NCBI GenBank assembly: GCA_964016885.1
Contig: OZ024747.1
Span: forward strand, 40,734,001-40,798,000
Reading direction: 5' to 3'
From: Eledone cirrhosa
Lineage: Eukaryota
Length of the DNA: 64,000 bases
The position numbers and the translations under genes are program-made. Each line of letters opens with the position of its first letter. The stretch's first letter is position 1. This document shows positions 1 to 12,912 of the stretch, piece by piece. The notes below the pieces were generated by a model. That model worked only from the letters and a program-made list of their open reading frames with translations. It searched no databases and was not told the origin of the DNA.

Positions 1-460
1 AGGTGAGGTGGTGTTGGTCCAAGCCGGACTCGATCCCGCTGAAAAAAGACCTGCATTTGATGTCCATGTTACGTTGGATATTTGTGTACTGGGGGACAAA
101 GAGACATTTCGTCTATCCAGTCGGCCAGAACCTATTCAAGCTCTGGGGCCTCGTCAGGTTCGACCGTCTGGCTGAGAACCTCGCTGTCGAGAGCGCGACA
201 GGAGGAAATTGAAGAAATGTAGGCAGTTAGAGCCAGATCCGAAGCTGATCGGAGGCCGAGGCCACTGAACCTCGCTGGGAGCTTCGCCTGTTGTCAGCCG
301 GCGCTGTCGAAACTGAGATTTCAGATGAGTTCCGCACGGTCGAATGGTGGCGTCAAGTTCACCGAGAAGATCTGCCTGGGGGTGACAAGGTGTACCGCGC
401 AGCGTGAACAAACATTTTGGGGAGGGCGAAGCAGTTCCTCAAGAGGAAGAACGCCGGGCA
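1..460 (-). mobile_element. Degenerate CRE-clade non-LTR retrotransposon fragment (post-RT region)
   Basis: Minus strand reads CPAFFLLRNCFALPKMFTLRGTPCHPQADLLGELDATIR, homologous to HPALFLLRNCFAMPKLLYTLRSALCYTQTSLLADLDTCIR in the element at 777-3600. Runs off the window start. Confidence 0.7.
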
Positions 461-508
461 GATTAAAAGTTTAAGTAAACAATTTCTGCTTTCATCCTAA
501 AGCGAGAT

Positions 509-601
<93 letters not shown>

Positions 602-605
<4 letters not shown>

Positions 606-690
606 ATTTGCTTTGCAAGGTTTTTGACATAAAATCGTGTGTTGAAACAAATATTGTATTATTTGGGGAGGAACAATATACTGTGTGTTT
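602..690 (-). repeat. 3' half of a Naiad-type Penelope pseudo-LTR, including the ORF N-terminus
   Basis: Reverse complement matches 33101-33180 and translates LFLPK*YNICFNTRFYVKNLAKQIN versus MTLPKYNNICFDTRFHIKNLAKLIH. Confidence 0.75.
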
Positions 691-3606
691 TATTTTCCTC
701 TTCTGAAGAGTCAAAGTCTATTTAATTTTATGGATTAGGACAATGGAATTGATGAGTTAATATCTATATACAACAACTACAACGGTACGCGATGGGGCCC
801 ACCCACAGCCCCGGCAGACAGAATGGAGAAGGCGTTTCCCCGGACGACGGCAAGAGAGACGCGCTGGAAAAGCCACTCCAACTCGCGGGGCTCACACCTG
901 CGGCTGGCCAGCTCAGCGCCTATGGTGGTGAGTAAGGAGGTGGCCCTGGGGCCGAGGACACCAGAAGTCTCCACTGCCAGGGGTACGATCGCAAACCTGT
1001 CAGAGAGCGACCGGTATTTGAGGAGTTTGGCCCCCTGAGCCCAACGTGCAGCAGAACCTGGGTCAGTCGCAGACTGTACCAGGTTGTGGCTGCAGAAAGT
1101 GTCGGTGCAAGTGGCATCTCAGACGAGGGCTTTGCCACCGCGGAACGGGAAGATGGTCATGCCATCTGGCCTTTTGCCGTCCCCTCGATCCAGCCCCACC
1201 GGCTCGAGCTGGGAAGGGAAGCCTGCAGCGGTCAAGCCATGCTTAATGACCTCGTTGAGGGCAGCATGGCGTGGAATGCGGCCGGCACTGTGGCGACAGG
1301 AAAGCGGGTGGAGGCCGAAAGAGTCCACGGTGGAACCGCAGCGACATTGGTGTGGCTGGCAGATCCGGAGGCCGAGCCTCAGGGAAACGCCGATTCGCAG
1401 GTTATGGTTGTCTAGCTGCTTGCCAGTGGAGAAGGAGGGCAGGGAATGGAGCCAGGCACACTGTGGGGTTTGGAAACCGCACGAAAACAAGCAAGGCGGT
1501 GCTGGTCGAGCTGGCGCGTGAGTCTGTTTGAGGCCAGGCTGCACTGGATGGCATCCCAAGTGCGTTGGGAGGACTTGATGTCAACAGGGGGAGAAGGAGG
1601 AGGGACGTCTACTGGGCTAAGTCCCAGCCGGTCCCACGTCTCACAGGCGGCCTCACGTTCTCTGAATACAGAGGGTTCTGTTGTGTTTTGAAGAACCCTC
1701 TTGACGAGGACGCAGCACGACGTTACCGACGAAAGATACGCCGACAAAGCTAGTGAGATCGGGGACCGGAGGCCAAGGCCGCCATACCTGACAGGTAAAG
1801 TGGCCTGTTGCCAGCCTATGTCGTCAAACTTGACGTTTCATAGCCCCTCGGCTGCTGCTCGGATACAAGTATCGAGGTCAGCGAGGAGAGATGTCTGGGT
1901 GTAGCACAGAGCGCTGCGGAGTGTATAGAGGAGCTTCGGCATGGCGAAGCAGTTCCTCAGCAGAAAGAGAGCTGGGTGGCCTTCAATCAAGCCCAGGCGG
2001 CTCGTGAGAGTCTGGAGCTGTTGAAGCCTGGACCTGATGGTGGAGCGGATGGCCGGCGGGTGGATCGGTGACCCGATGATGAGGACATCCTCTTTGGGGT
2101 CACCTGAATCTGGCGGAGAATGGACCACACGTCCAAGACGGAGGTTGCAAAGCTCGCAGCATCGAGTCTGACATTCACCACCTCCGACTTGGCCGAGTTG
2201 ACCTGGAGGCCGATTCCCGCCAGGGCAGGAACCACCGATTGAAAGTCATGGCAGACCGTCCGTACGGGCTCGCTCAACGTAGCATCATCCAGATACCAAA
2301 CGTTGAGAGAGGCCGTGATACTCCGGGCGATGTGGTCAATACCAAGGGCGAACAGGAGGGGGTCCCAAAGGGTCGCCCTGTTGGACCCCAGTAGCCGAGG
2401 GTCTGACCGTATCAGCAGCAAGGAGCATGCTCGGGGCTCCATATGACAGGTAGGCCAGCGGGTAGACAGAGGGGGCTCGGCTGAGGTAGGCCTCGAGCAG
2501 ATGATCCCGGTGTAAAGAGTTGAAGGCATTCCTCATGTCAAGCTTGACAATGAGGTGCCTTGAGTCCCTGGATGCCGGTTCCGATGGGCAGCTGTTGAAG
2601 AACTGCCTGGTTGCATGAGCAGCCCACTCACAGCCACCGGACACGCCGACACCCAGTTGCACCGGACTAAACTCCTCACCCAGTTCGTGTGTTACGGACT
2701 TGTAGATCACCTTGGCAGCCAGCCTCCAGAAGACATTGCCCACAGCAATGGGGCGAATGCCACCCTCTTTCTTCCTGAGAGTGGTGAGGCTGGCCGAAAA
2801 AAAGAGGCCTCGGGCGTAAGTGTCCAGGGCACCATGGATGAGCCTATTGGTGAGCGCCACAATTCTACTCAGACGGCGGCGCCCGTCTTCAGCGGAGAGG
2901 AGGGATGTCAACTCCTTGAGGTGGCCTGGTCGGAGACCATCAACACCTCCGCAGCTGCTAGCTGGGAAGGACCTGATGGCGGACATGATGTCTGCATCAG
3001 TAGCCACAAGGAGCAAGTGGGGGTCGGGTGGGGGTATGGGTCTGAGATCAGTGGGTGGCTCAGGGTCTTTGAGTCACAGAGCAGCCAGAACCTCCTCGGT
3101 GGGTTGGAGGATAGTGTCCTGTGAGGCAACAACTCTGACTGCGGCCGAGACATCACCCATGATAAGCTTGGCGTTTACCTGGTCACGCAAACGCTTGGCA
3201 CTGGCCTCGGGGGTGAAGGATAGGGGTACCTGAGGGTGTGGGGGGCGTCCATGGGCTCGCTTAGAATGGGCGCTCGCCCAAAGGACGAGACATTGGCCTT
3301 GACGAAGGCTGCTGTTGACCGGCCGCCCCGGTCAGCGCCAGAGCTGGGGAAGCCGAAGGCGAGTGGGGCGAAATAGAACAGCCGCTCCCAGTCACTGACT
3401 CGATTGGAGTCCAGGGCGCACTCAATCGAGGAAGCGAGGGCATCGGCTACCGGCACCCGTGCCGCTCTCGGGATCCTGAGTGGGATCTGGCGGAGCCGCC
3501 TGAGCCGAGCGATGTTGACCAGCGAGGCTCGGGCGTCAGGAAAGCTCGCTGTCCCATCTGGCGGTGTGCCAGACGGCCGTGGTTGGGAAGACGTGGGGAA
3601 GAGGCA
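691..3606 (-). mobile_element. Near full-length CRE-clade non-LTR retrotransposon (RT + restriction-like endonuclease), frameshifted
   Basis: ORF pieces 3175-3660 (RIPRAARVPVADAL..DWERLF), 2336-3016 (GGVDGLRPGHL, IRPIAVG, QLGVG, KLDMRNAFN, GVQQGDPLGP), WYLDD in 1987-2529, 1119-1559 (CRCG..HPLSC..RH..LN, RPDG RLE motif) and 777-974 (SLAVVRGNA). GC-rich island. Confidence 0.88.
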
Positions 3607-3760
3607 TTGCCAGAAATAATAATAGAACACACTCACTGTTTGGTTTGGATTGGTTTTCACTTTTGTATCTTTTATATCTCCATAGTTAATTTATTTGGCA
3701 ATCAATGTTTATCATTGATTGACCAATGGTTAAAAATACAGATATAAATATATATATATA
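3607..3760 (-). repeat. 5' half of the same Naiad-type pseudo-LTR that is split by the CRE element
   Basis: Reverse complement (..gatataaaagatacaaaagtgaaaacc..acagtgagtgtgttctattattatttctggcaat) aligns with 32950-33098 of the Naiad pLTR. Confidence 0.75.
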
Positions 3761-3765
3761 GTCTA

Positions 3766-3868
3766 GCCGAGGTTAACTTTTCCTTTCATCCTTACGGGGT
3801 CAATAAAATAAAGTACCAGTAATGCACTGGGTAATTGCTGGCCTTGTGCCAAACGTAGAAACAATTAT
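3766..3868 (+). mobile_element. tRNA-derived SINE, 3' part
   Basis: gccgaggttaactttt/gcctttcatccttacggggtc..ataaaataaagtaccagtaa..gctggccttgtgcc core, shared by more than 12 copies in the window. Confidence 0.8.
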
Positions 3869-3911
3869 AACAATATGACCCTCCCCAAATATAACTATAT
3901 ATATATATATA

Positions 3912-3949
3912 CGAGCTGAGGATCCGCTAATGTGAAACAATTGTTCTCG
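3912..3949 (+). ncRNA. Minimal type I hammerhead ribozyme motif
   Basis: cgag-CTGAGGA-tccgctaatgt-GAAA-caattg-TT-ctcg. Stem I cgag/ctcg, palindromic stem III, weak stem II. Same family as 55090/55142. Confidence 0.6.
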
Positions 3950-3984
3950 GTATGGTGAACTAACTGTTGTGTGTCACTTCTCTC

Positions 3985-4076
<92 letters not shown>

Positions 4077-4334
4077 AGAGTATTGAAGTTTGCTTGAAAC
4101 ATTTTGGAACAATAAGTAAATATCTATAAGTCGTTTGGAAGCCTCGACAATGCAAATGGGTAAATTTCCGGGTAACAAGGTCCGGTGGTGGAGAGAGAGA
4201 TGTAAGTGGGTGTACGTTGAGATGCGTGGTGTGTATAAGATGTGTGAGATGTGTAGAATGGAGGGAAGAGTAAAAGGATAAAAATAAAAATAACAACACA
4301 AGAGAGAGTGTTACCTTGGGAGAGATTTAATAGT

Positions 4335-4370
4335 CCCTATATATTTCGGATTCACATCCATCAACTGGGG
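4335..4370 (-). ncRNA. Degenerate hammerhead ribozyme motif
   Basis: Reverse complement ccc-CAGTTGA-t-ggat-gtga-atcc-GAAA-tata-TA-ggg. Stems intact, catalytic core mutated. Confidence 0.45.
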
Positions 4371-4517
4371 TTTTTTCCGGGGTGGGGGAAAAGGTTGTCT
4401 GTCGGACAAGTCCGGAAGGCGTCTTTCGCTGTTTGCTGATTTGAATATATATATATTGAATATATATATATATATACGATATTAACAAATGGAAACTATA
4501 TTTATAAAACCATATTT

Positions 4518-4580
4518 ATTTCATTATACATATTTCAAGGACACCAAGTTAAATTATGGTGTGCTTTCATCAGATAAAAT
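4518..4580 (-). ncRNA. Type I hammerhead ribozyme (ATTTTAT family)
   Basis: Reverse complement attttat-CTGATGA-aagcacacca..tggtgtcctt-GAAA-tatgta-TA-atgaaat. Confidence 0.75.
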
Positions 4581-5340
4581 ATAATATAGATCAGTTTTAT
4601 AAATAAATATTGACATACCCTTAAAGAATGCAACCATTGCTGTTGGACGCTCCCGGATAGTGGAGTTGTAGCTTTAATTATATTATTAGTATTGGATATT
4701 TTTATTTTTAAAATAAGCCGTTGGGTTACGGAGAAAGATAGAGAAGGACAGACAGAGAGAAAGACCAGAACATCAGAGAGAGAAAGATAGAGAGTGAGAG
4801 AGGAGACAGAGAAAAGGGGAGAGAACGAAAAACTCTAAGTCATAACTTGTTGAGTTAACTTAACAATTGAGATGAAATGAATAAATAAAATTAGAAATGT
4901 TAATAATCATGAATGGAATATACATATATAATATGAGAAATGTAACCATTGTTTAAATATGATTAGATGTTTAGTTAATCATTTAAATATTGAGATCAAT
5001 ATATTAAAAATTGGGATCTATATATTAAGAAATTCATATATTATTAAAGAACTACATATCATATAACACGTATACACACGCAAAAATACATACATATAAA
5101 TATATATACTCACTTATAAAATACATAAAAATATCTAATTACGTATATAATATATACACACAAAACATAAAGGATTCTTTAATTTAATTTAAGATATAGG
5201 AATCTTATAAAATGTTATAATTGTTAAGATATTAAAGGACATTTTATGTTATACACACTTTATGCTATTAAACAACATTTTTTTATATAAGTTTTATAAG
5301 ATTACCTGTTATGTATTTATGGCTGTTATTATATGTCTAT

Positions 5341-5670
5341 GCCATTCTGAGTTCAAATCCCGCCGAGGTTAACTTTGCCTTTCATCCTTACGGGGTCGAT
5401 AAAATAAAGTACCAGTAATACACTGGGTAATTGCTGGCCTTGTGCCTAACGTAGAAACAATTATATGTCTATCTGTCAAGGGCGGTGGATTGGCAGAATC
5501 GGTAGAGGGTCGGACGCCATGCTTTCCAGCATAGTTACGTCCCGTTACGATCTGAGTTCAAATCCCGCCGAGGTTGACTTTGCCTTTCATCCTTACGCGG
5601 TCGATAAAATAAAGTGCCAGTAATGAACTGGGTATTTGCTGGCATTGTGCCTAAAGTAGAAACAATTATA
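5341..5670 (+). mobile_element. Tandem tRNA-derived SINEs (partial copy 5341-5465, full copy 5481-5670)
   Basis: Pol III A box TGGCAGAATCGG and B box GTTCAAATCC, followed by the gcctttcatcc..gtcgataaa..gtaccag central domain (MetaSINE-like). Confidence 0.85.
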
Positions 5671-5870
5671 TGTCTATCTGTCACGAATCTTGGGATAATC
5701 ACTATACATAAGTGCAATCGAATTGTATGGATATACATGCACATGTACATACACAATTCCCACATATACATACATATATGTACCCTCAACAGATAGGTAG
5801 ATATGCATCACGTATACATATACATATAGATAGACATACACGCATAAAACATATGTACAAGTATGTCAAT

Positions 5871-5909
<39 letters not shown>

Positions 5910-7014
5910 TATAGAGAGAAGTATATATAAATACAGTAATAGTATAATTGAGTACATAAAATACAAAATAATTATATTACAATTTGGAAATATAATTATA
6001 AGCAATATAACTTTAAAAACAATATAAATTTTAAAATATTATAGAATATTTTAAGTTATAATTTCAAAATAATAGTATGTTTAATAGATTTAGTATAGAA
6101 ATTTTCTACGTATATTTAACTTAAACTTTGAAAGGATAAACTTTCGAAAATAGGAGAAGCTATCAAACAATAAAAAATAAAAAAATATAAGAAATATTTT
6201 CTCCTTTTAAGAGCTCTCAATATATTTCTCTAGAATAGTTTATTATATTTATTTATATTTAGGAAGAAAAGTTATTTTTACTTGAGTGTATAATCAGTCA
6301 AAAAAGATGAAGGAATCTAATGATTTATCGACAGGTTCAATATATTACTAAAATTAATTAATTAATTATATACTACATTTTAAATTTATATTTATATTTA
6401 AACGTTGAGCTTAATCTATAACAAGAGCCCTTCCTAAGGTTTCAAAATCTAATTTTGACCATCTCTTCAGATTGTAAGAGTGATCAAAATTGTGATCTAG
6501 TCATCAGCGCCATATTTCTTAACGGTATCTTGAAGATACCGTTAAGAAATATGGCCAGAATATTTTGCAGTATTCGTTCCAGCTCTCTGCTCTCTGAGTT
6601 CAAATCCCACCGAGGTCAACTTTGCCTTTCATCCATTCGAATTCGATAAAAAGTAGCAGTTTAGTACTGTTGGTCGATTCTTCCTCTACATCTCTTTCTC
6701 TCACTTCCATTCTTTCATTCTCTCTATCCTTTTCTGGAAAAAATCTGCTTCTCCAGAAAAACAATAGTCGATGTTATTTAATTAGCTCTAAACGCGAAAT
6801 GAAAACTAGGTATTTGTTATATTAGTAATTGATAAAATAACGTAAGCAGTCAACATTTGAATCGATATTATAGTTGGATCAATTCTGTATGTTATCACTT
6901 TAAGGTCACTAAATATTTGAGTCGATGTTATAATTTAGATCGACTCTAGGTTAGGTAAAATAACGCACCAATCAAATATTTGAACTGAGTGCTGTGACTC
7001 TTTGCTAATGACAG

Positions 7015-7148
7015 AGGATTGGCAGTGTCAGCACAGTCCGTCAGACAAAAATGCTTTGTAGTATTTGATTACGGCTTTTTATGTTCTGTGTTCAAATCCC
7101 ACAGTTAACTTTGCCATACATCATTCCCGAGTCGATAAACATCAGTAA
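7015..7148 (+). mobile_element. SINE 5' part, interrupted by the RTE element (3' part resumes at about 10470-10540)
   Basis: gttcaaatccc..ttaactttgcc..gtcgataaa before the RTE; tcgactttcccctcccc..aaattgttggccctatgcctaaa after it. Confidence 0.7.
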
Positions 7149-10100
7149 GGTAGGGCCACCCAAGGCGGATTGGTCTGGCACCCAGCGGTATTAGGGCCGC
7201 AACCCGGCAAAATGGGCTCTGGTTAAAATCCAAGAGGTGTCTGCTCCGGTAACCGGCGGCTTCGGGTCGTTTCTGTCTGTCCCTGCGTCTGTGGAGAATC
7301 TGCGGCAATCAGGACATTTTTTCCCCTCGTTCGGGATATACATGCGGGTTTTTGGGCGATCGCTTGTGAATTCACTACTCCCATGACACTTCTTCCATGA
7401 ATCCTATTCGAATTGCCTTCCTGCTACGAACGCAATGCAAAGTAACAGCGCTCCTACCGCTATGGATCTGCAGACTACTCCCACAGTACTCCCGCTCTTC
7501 AGACGAAGGAAGGAATTAAGGGTGGCGTGCTGGAACGTCCGAACACTTCGTGACGACGGTGTCCAGGCACATACAATGAAGGCTATGCACAGGTACTGCG
7601 TTAGTGTCGCTTGCCTTTCAGAAGTTCGACTTCCCGATGTTGGTCAGCTTCCGATCAAAGTTCCTGGCGAGGACATCTCCTACCACTTGTACCATAGTGG
7701 CGTGACTGACAACAGCGGCCTTCACGGGGTCGCTGTAGCGCTCGGCCCCGACGCGCAAGCGGCTCTGCTGGCGTGGCAGCCAATCTCACACCGACTCGCG
7801 CTAGTTCGATTGAAGAGTCAAATCTCCAACGTCAGCGTAGTTGCCGTCTACACTCCTACACTCAATGCGGACGAGGCGGACAAGACGCAGTTCTATGCCG
7901 ATCTCCAAACAACCGTGGATGGCGTACCCTCCAGTGATGTTCTCGTTGTCGCTGGGGACTGGAATGTGCGGACGGGGCCGGCTGATGATACAAGACGGCA
8001 TATTCTAGGACGCTTCGCCCTAGGCGTACGCTGTGACAATGGTGAACGGCTCGTGTCCTTCGCGGATGACAATCGTCTTATCGTCACCAACACCCGGTTT
8101 CAGCATCCTCGCCGTCACCTCGTCACGTGGCGATCCAATGATAGAAGAACAGCCAATCAGATTGACTACATCCTGGTCAGATCTCGGTGGGCCAGCTCAG
8201 TGATGGACTCGCGTGTTTATTGGGGGTGGGTGTGACTGATACGGGCAGTGAGCATGGGTCAGACCCTTCGTCTGCGGCTGCGGGCGAAATCCCTCCCCAA
8301 CCGCCAGAAAAGGATCGACATCTCGCGACTCAAGCTCGATGCTGTAAATGCTTTCCGGCTAGAGCTGCGAAACCGATTCCAAATGCTGAGTAACAAAGTG
8401 GAACAGCAACCGGAGCAGGAGTGGAACGCGCTCAGGGCGGCGACGGTTGAGGTGGCCAGGGAGCATCTCGGGTCGACCCGAAGACGCCATCGGGACTGGA
8501 TCTCCAGCGGCACTCTTGAACTCGCGGAGAGAGCGAGAGTTCGCCCGACTCGAGTGTGCACCCAATCTTCAAGATCTCCGACGTCGCACATCTCGGGCTA
8601 TTCGGGCCGATCGGAATGCACACTGGCGCGAGTTTGCGGAGCAGACGGAGAGGGCAGCAGCCTGTAGTGACTCGCGCAAGCTCTACCAACTGCTGAAGCG
8701 GGCCAGCCGAAGCAGTACGGGTATCAGCGAGACAATCCATGATCGGAACGGGGCGGTCATTACCAATCTTAATGACCGGCTAGTCCGATGGCGGGACAAT
8801 TTCTCCGAGCTGCTCAACCACCCGCCATCATTCACGCCAACCTACGTGCACCCTTCCGGAGAAGAATACGGGTGGAGCAGTGCCCCTCCAAAGGTCGAGG
8901 AGGTACGTGATGTCCTGCCACATCTCCGGAACAACAAGGCGCCGGGCGAGGATGGCGTTCCAGTTGAGGTCTACAAGGCTGAGCCTGATGTCTTCGCAGC
9001 TTGGCTCCATCGAGTCTTCTCCTCTGTGTGGGCGACGCAGCGGTTCCCTGGTGACTGGAGTGAGGCAACTCTCCTACCCTTCTTCAAAAAAGGCGACAGG
9101 AAACTGTTCCAACTACAGGGGTATCAGTTTAATTGACGTTGCTGCCAAGACCTTCGCAATTCTTCTGCTAAAGAGGTTCCAGGCCATCCGTGATGTCCGT
9201 ACCCGTCCTTCTCAGGGCGGCTTCCGTCCGGGGAGGGGGTGCGTTGATCAAATCTTCATTCTCCGGCGTGTCCTGGAACAACGGTGGGCACATCAACAGC
9301 CTACCGTCCTCTGCTTTATCGACTTTGCAGCTGCCTTCGACTCGGTAGATCGGGAAGCCCTATGGCGTATAATGTAGGCGGATGGCATCCCAGTGAAGCT
9401 GCTTCGTCTCATACAGGGCTACTACCGGTGGACTCGGGCTCGAGTGAGGGTCTATGGTCGGGAGACGGAGTCGTTCGATGTTGGGACCGGTGTTCGGCAG
9501 GGGTGTGCACTTTCGCCAACTCTCTTTAACTACGCCATTGACTACACTCTCAACACAGCTCTCCGGGATTACCCGTGGTGACAGACCTGGCCTACGCGGA
9601 TGACATCGTGCTGATGGGCGCTAACTGGACAGATGTACAGGGTGCTCTCGAAGGGTGCACACTGCAGCCGCCGCTGTTGGTCTACGAATCAATGCCGCCA
9701 AGTCGAAAGTCATGGCGTCACTGGTCTCACCTGATGCCTGGCAGCCAATATCTCTCGAGGGCGTGGACCTGGGGGATGTGAAGTCCTTCGTTTACCTGGG
9801 CTTAACAGTGGTTCCAGCGGGACAGGGCGCAGCCGAGGTCAAGCGTCGCATAGGTGCTGCCAGAACCGCTTTTGGGCGCCTCCAGCGGTGTCTGTGGGAC
9901 AGAAAAAAGATCACCTCGGCGACCAAAGGGCGAATCTACAAGACCGTCGTTCGAACTATCCTCCTCTATGGCTGTGAAACATGGCCTATGAGGGTAGTCG
10001 ATCAACGAGGGCTGGAGGTCTTCGACAATGACTGTCTCCGCCGCATTCTTCGCTGCCGACGCGTTGATCGGGTACCTATCACCAGTCTTCGTCTTCGCCT

Positions 10101-10467
10101 GAATTTTCGACCCCTTACTTCAGTGCTGGTGCAACGGCGCTTGAGTTGGTTTGGTCACGCGGCCCGGCGCCCTGAGGGTGAGCTGATCCGCGATGTTCTC
10201 CTCCCATCTCCACTCCCTAACTGGCGCAAGCGCGTTGGCGGGCAGCTGAAGACCTGGGCAACGACGATCAACGAGGACCTCTCCGACACTCTCAGGTCCG
10301 CAGGTGGTCGGCCTGCGCCGGTGGAACCGTGACTGGCTCGCTATCTCCAGTGACCTAGCCCGGGACCGTCGTGCATGGGCTGCCATGGTTCGGGATGCCG
10401 TCAGGACAAGGGAAGAAGCTGGCTCAACCCGTCCAGGGTAAATATCGTACAAGTACAAGTACAAGTA
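7149..10467 (+). mobile_element. Near full-length RTE-clade LINE (APE + RT), disrupted by frameshifts and stops
   Basis: 7435-8235 APE (CWNVRTL, CLSEVR, VAGDWN, NQIDYIL); RT pieces KAPGEDG, NYRGISL, FIDFAAAFDSV, GVRQGCALSP, LAYADD; C-terminal LSWFGHAAR; 3' tail (CAAGTA)3; candidate TSD AGTAA at 7144-7148 and 10468-10472. Confidence 0.93.
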
Positions 10468-11559
10468 AGTAAAGAACGGGAAAGTTATATTCGACTTTCC
10501 CCTCCCCACAAATTGTTGGCCCTATGCCTAAATAAGAAAATTATTATTATTAAAATCTGAATGTCGTGGAGCATCAGAAGTGGGAGCCTATCAATAATAG
10601 TTTCCATTCAATCGATTATAATCTTCACACAAAAATTATTACCCTATGCCAATTTGAGAGAATTAAATAAAGATGATAGACAGACATAAATGACAGAGTG
10701 GCGGATTGTCGAGGGGGGGGGGGGCGGTATATAAGTCGGTCCCTTTGACCTCTGAATGAAATTCCTTCCAAGGTTACTTTCCTTGTTATTCTTTAACATA
10801 CGATAGCCTAAGGATCAATCAAATACTGTCAAATATCGATTATAAATCCCTGCAACATTTGTGGCCTAGAAATCATTACTATTAGAACTGTCACGCTGCT
10901 AAAGTCTGAGCTGTACCATTTGTTTGTGCCACATTTCTTACAACTGTTAAATCTCTTCCGTGATTTTCTTATTCTGTACTAAGCTATGTAATGTAGAATC
11001 CGAGTTTAGAAGCTCTTAGACATGTGAGATTATTATAATTCTAACATACATATGTTTTCAATATTTCTAACAGAAAATGTAACGTCTTCTGACAAGTGTC
11101 AGAATGTGTTTTTTTCTGACAAGGCTTCTACATTCATATGCATTTTAATGTGCATCAGATGAATGACTTTCCTTGTTATATTTGTGACATTTGCTCGAGG
11201 AGACTTCGTTCATTCTTTAACATTCTCTGCATTATTAGATGAGTGATGGATTTACTTACTACTTTTCTGTATGAATACAAAGCTATTCGCAATGGTAACA
11301 TTAGGTTATATATTTTATCCAGCTTCGTAGCTATTCTAAAAATCAAAACAAAATGTTGATAAAACGTTTACATTGTTCTCATAAAGCTGTAGGTGTCTAA
11401 ATTTTGCCAAATAGAAGCCGAATTAAATTATCAAGAATGCTTCTCTGAGAGAAGAAATTATTCTGTTTGTTTCTCGTTTCTAACTGCAGAATTTCCTATG
11501 GTTAATCCATGGGTTCTATTTTCCAGAGCGAGATTAAATGCGTGATTAATAAACATATC

Positions 11560-11626
<67 letters not shown>

Positions 11627-11627
<1 letters not shown>

Positions 11628-12292
11628 TAGCAGTCGTACCCGGCGTTGCACGGGATAAGGTATTTTGGCTCACGGGCCGCTAACAGACCTAATCATGGAA
11701 AAACCGCATGCCTCGACAATATGTAAAGAAAATAAACCGAATACTCTGATGGCTGGATAATCTTTAAGATTTTACTCGATGAAGCAGGAAAAATGCACGT
11801 TTTCACCTAATGCGGGCCCTAGGGAATCAAGAAAATTAATTTTTTTTATGTGCATAATATGACTCGGGAAAATCGGCTAGACTTCAGCAAACTTGAGGGA
11901 ATCTCTTGATAAGCTCTAAGCCTCATGAAAAAAAGCCCTAAAACGCTGAAAAAATGAAGTTTTTCACCTAATGCAGGCCCTAGGCCATGAAAAAGTTGGA
12001 TTTTCTTTCCTCATGGTATGAAGAAGAGACTGACTAATACATAGTTACAATTTCAAGGAAATCGGTCTGACGAAACGCCTAAAAAACCCATAAAAAGCTG
12101 AAAACACGCAGTTTTTCACCTAGGGGATCAAAAAGTTGGATTTTATGAATTGTATGTGCATAACACTCCCTGAAACATAAGTAATACACATGAAAAGTTT
12201 GAAAAAATCGGTTGGGTACTTCTCGAGTTTTAGGGATTCAATCTCACAGACACACACACACAGACAGACATCTTCAGTTTTATATATATAGA
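11627..12292 (-). mobile_element. Non-autonomous Helitron
   Basis: Minus strand starts A|TCTATATATATAAAACTG and ends in hairpin cccgtgcaacgccggg + CTAG|T. Has internal subrepeats (gtttttcacctaatgc..ccctagg). Confidence 0.8.
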
Positions 12293-12385
12293 TATATGTA
12301 TAAGGTAAACAGAAATAACAACACAATCGGTACAGTATGTGGAAGGTATATATTAGGTTAACGCTTGATATAGCAGGAAGAGAGG

Positions 12386-12419
12386 CTTAATGTTTCGGAT
12401 GCTAGTCCTTCATCAGAAG
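12386..12419 (-). ncRNA. Minimal hammerhead ribozyme (left arm)
   Basis: Reverse complement ctt-CTGATGA-a-ggactagcatcc-GAAA-ca-TT-aag. Two substitutions weaken stems II and III. Confidence 0.6.
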
Positions 12420-12620
12420 AAAGAATGAGAAATAAAATAGATTGAGGGGACGGGCGGGATAGAATTGGAAAAAATGTCTTTTCTGGACTGAAATAGCTGT
12501 CGAAACGGCTTGAGCTCCGCCGTCGGGGTCATACTTTTTCCTATTACCCACTCTACTACCCTAAGTATTGAATACTCTGGTGCGTTATCGTCCATTTGGT
12601 TCCTTACCACAACTCCTTCG

Positions 12621-12693
<73 letters not shown>

Positions 12694-12790
12694 AGATGCC
12701 AACATGAATGGACCTGTTATTTTTATCTAAAGACATTTTTTCCAATTCCAATCCGCTCGTCCCCTCAATCTATTTTATTTCTCATTCTTT

Positions 12791-12824
12791 CTTCTGATGA
12801 AGGACTAGCGTCCGAAACGTTAAG
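12791..12824 (+). ncRNA. Minimal (dimer-dependent) hammerhead ribozyme (right arm)
   Basis: ctt-CTGATGA-a-ggac-tagc-gtcc-GAAA-cg-TT-aag. Stem III is the AACGTT palindrome. Confidence 0.75.
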
Positions 12825-12912
12825 CCTCTCTTCCTGCTATATCAAGCGTTAACCTCCTAATATATCTCTTCCATATACTGTACCGATTGTGTTCTTATTT
12901 CAGTTTACCTTT

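Noticed and set aside
5481-5570. tRNA genes
   Set aside because: The A/B boxes belong to SINE heads, with extended spacing and no cloverleaf.
6420-6476. Hammerhead candidates at 6420-6476, 53371-53410, 54903-54962 and 59923-59940
   Set aside because: A CUGANGA is present, but GAAA, stems or the cleavage triplet are misplaced or missing.
7149-7435. Twister or HDV-like ribozyme in the RTE 5' UTR
   Set aside because: GC-rich hairpins are present, but I could not fit the conserved core of either class by eye.
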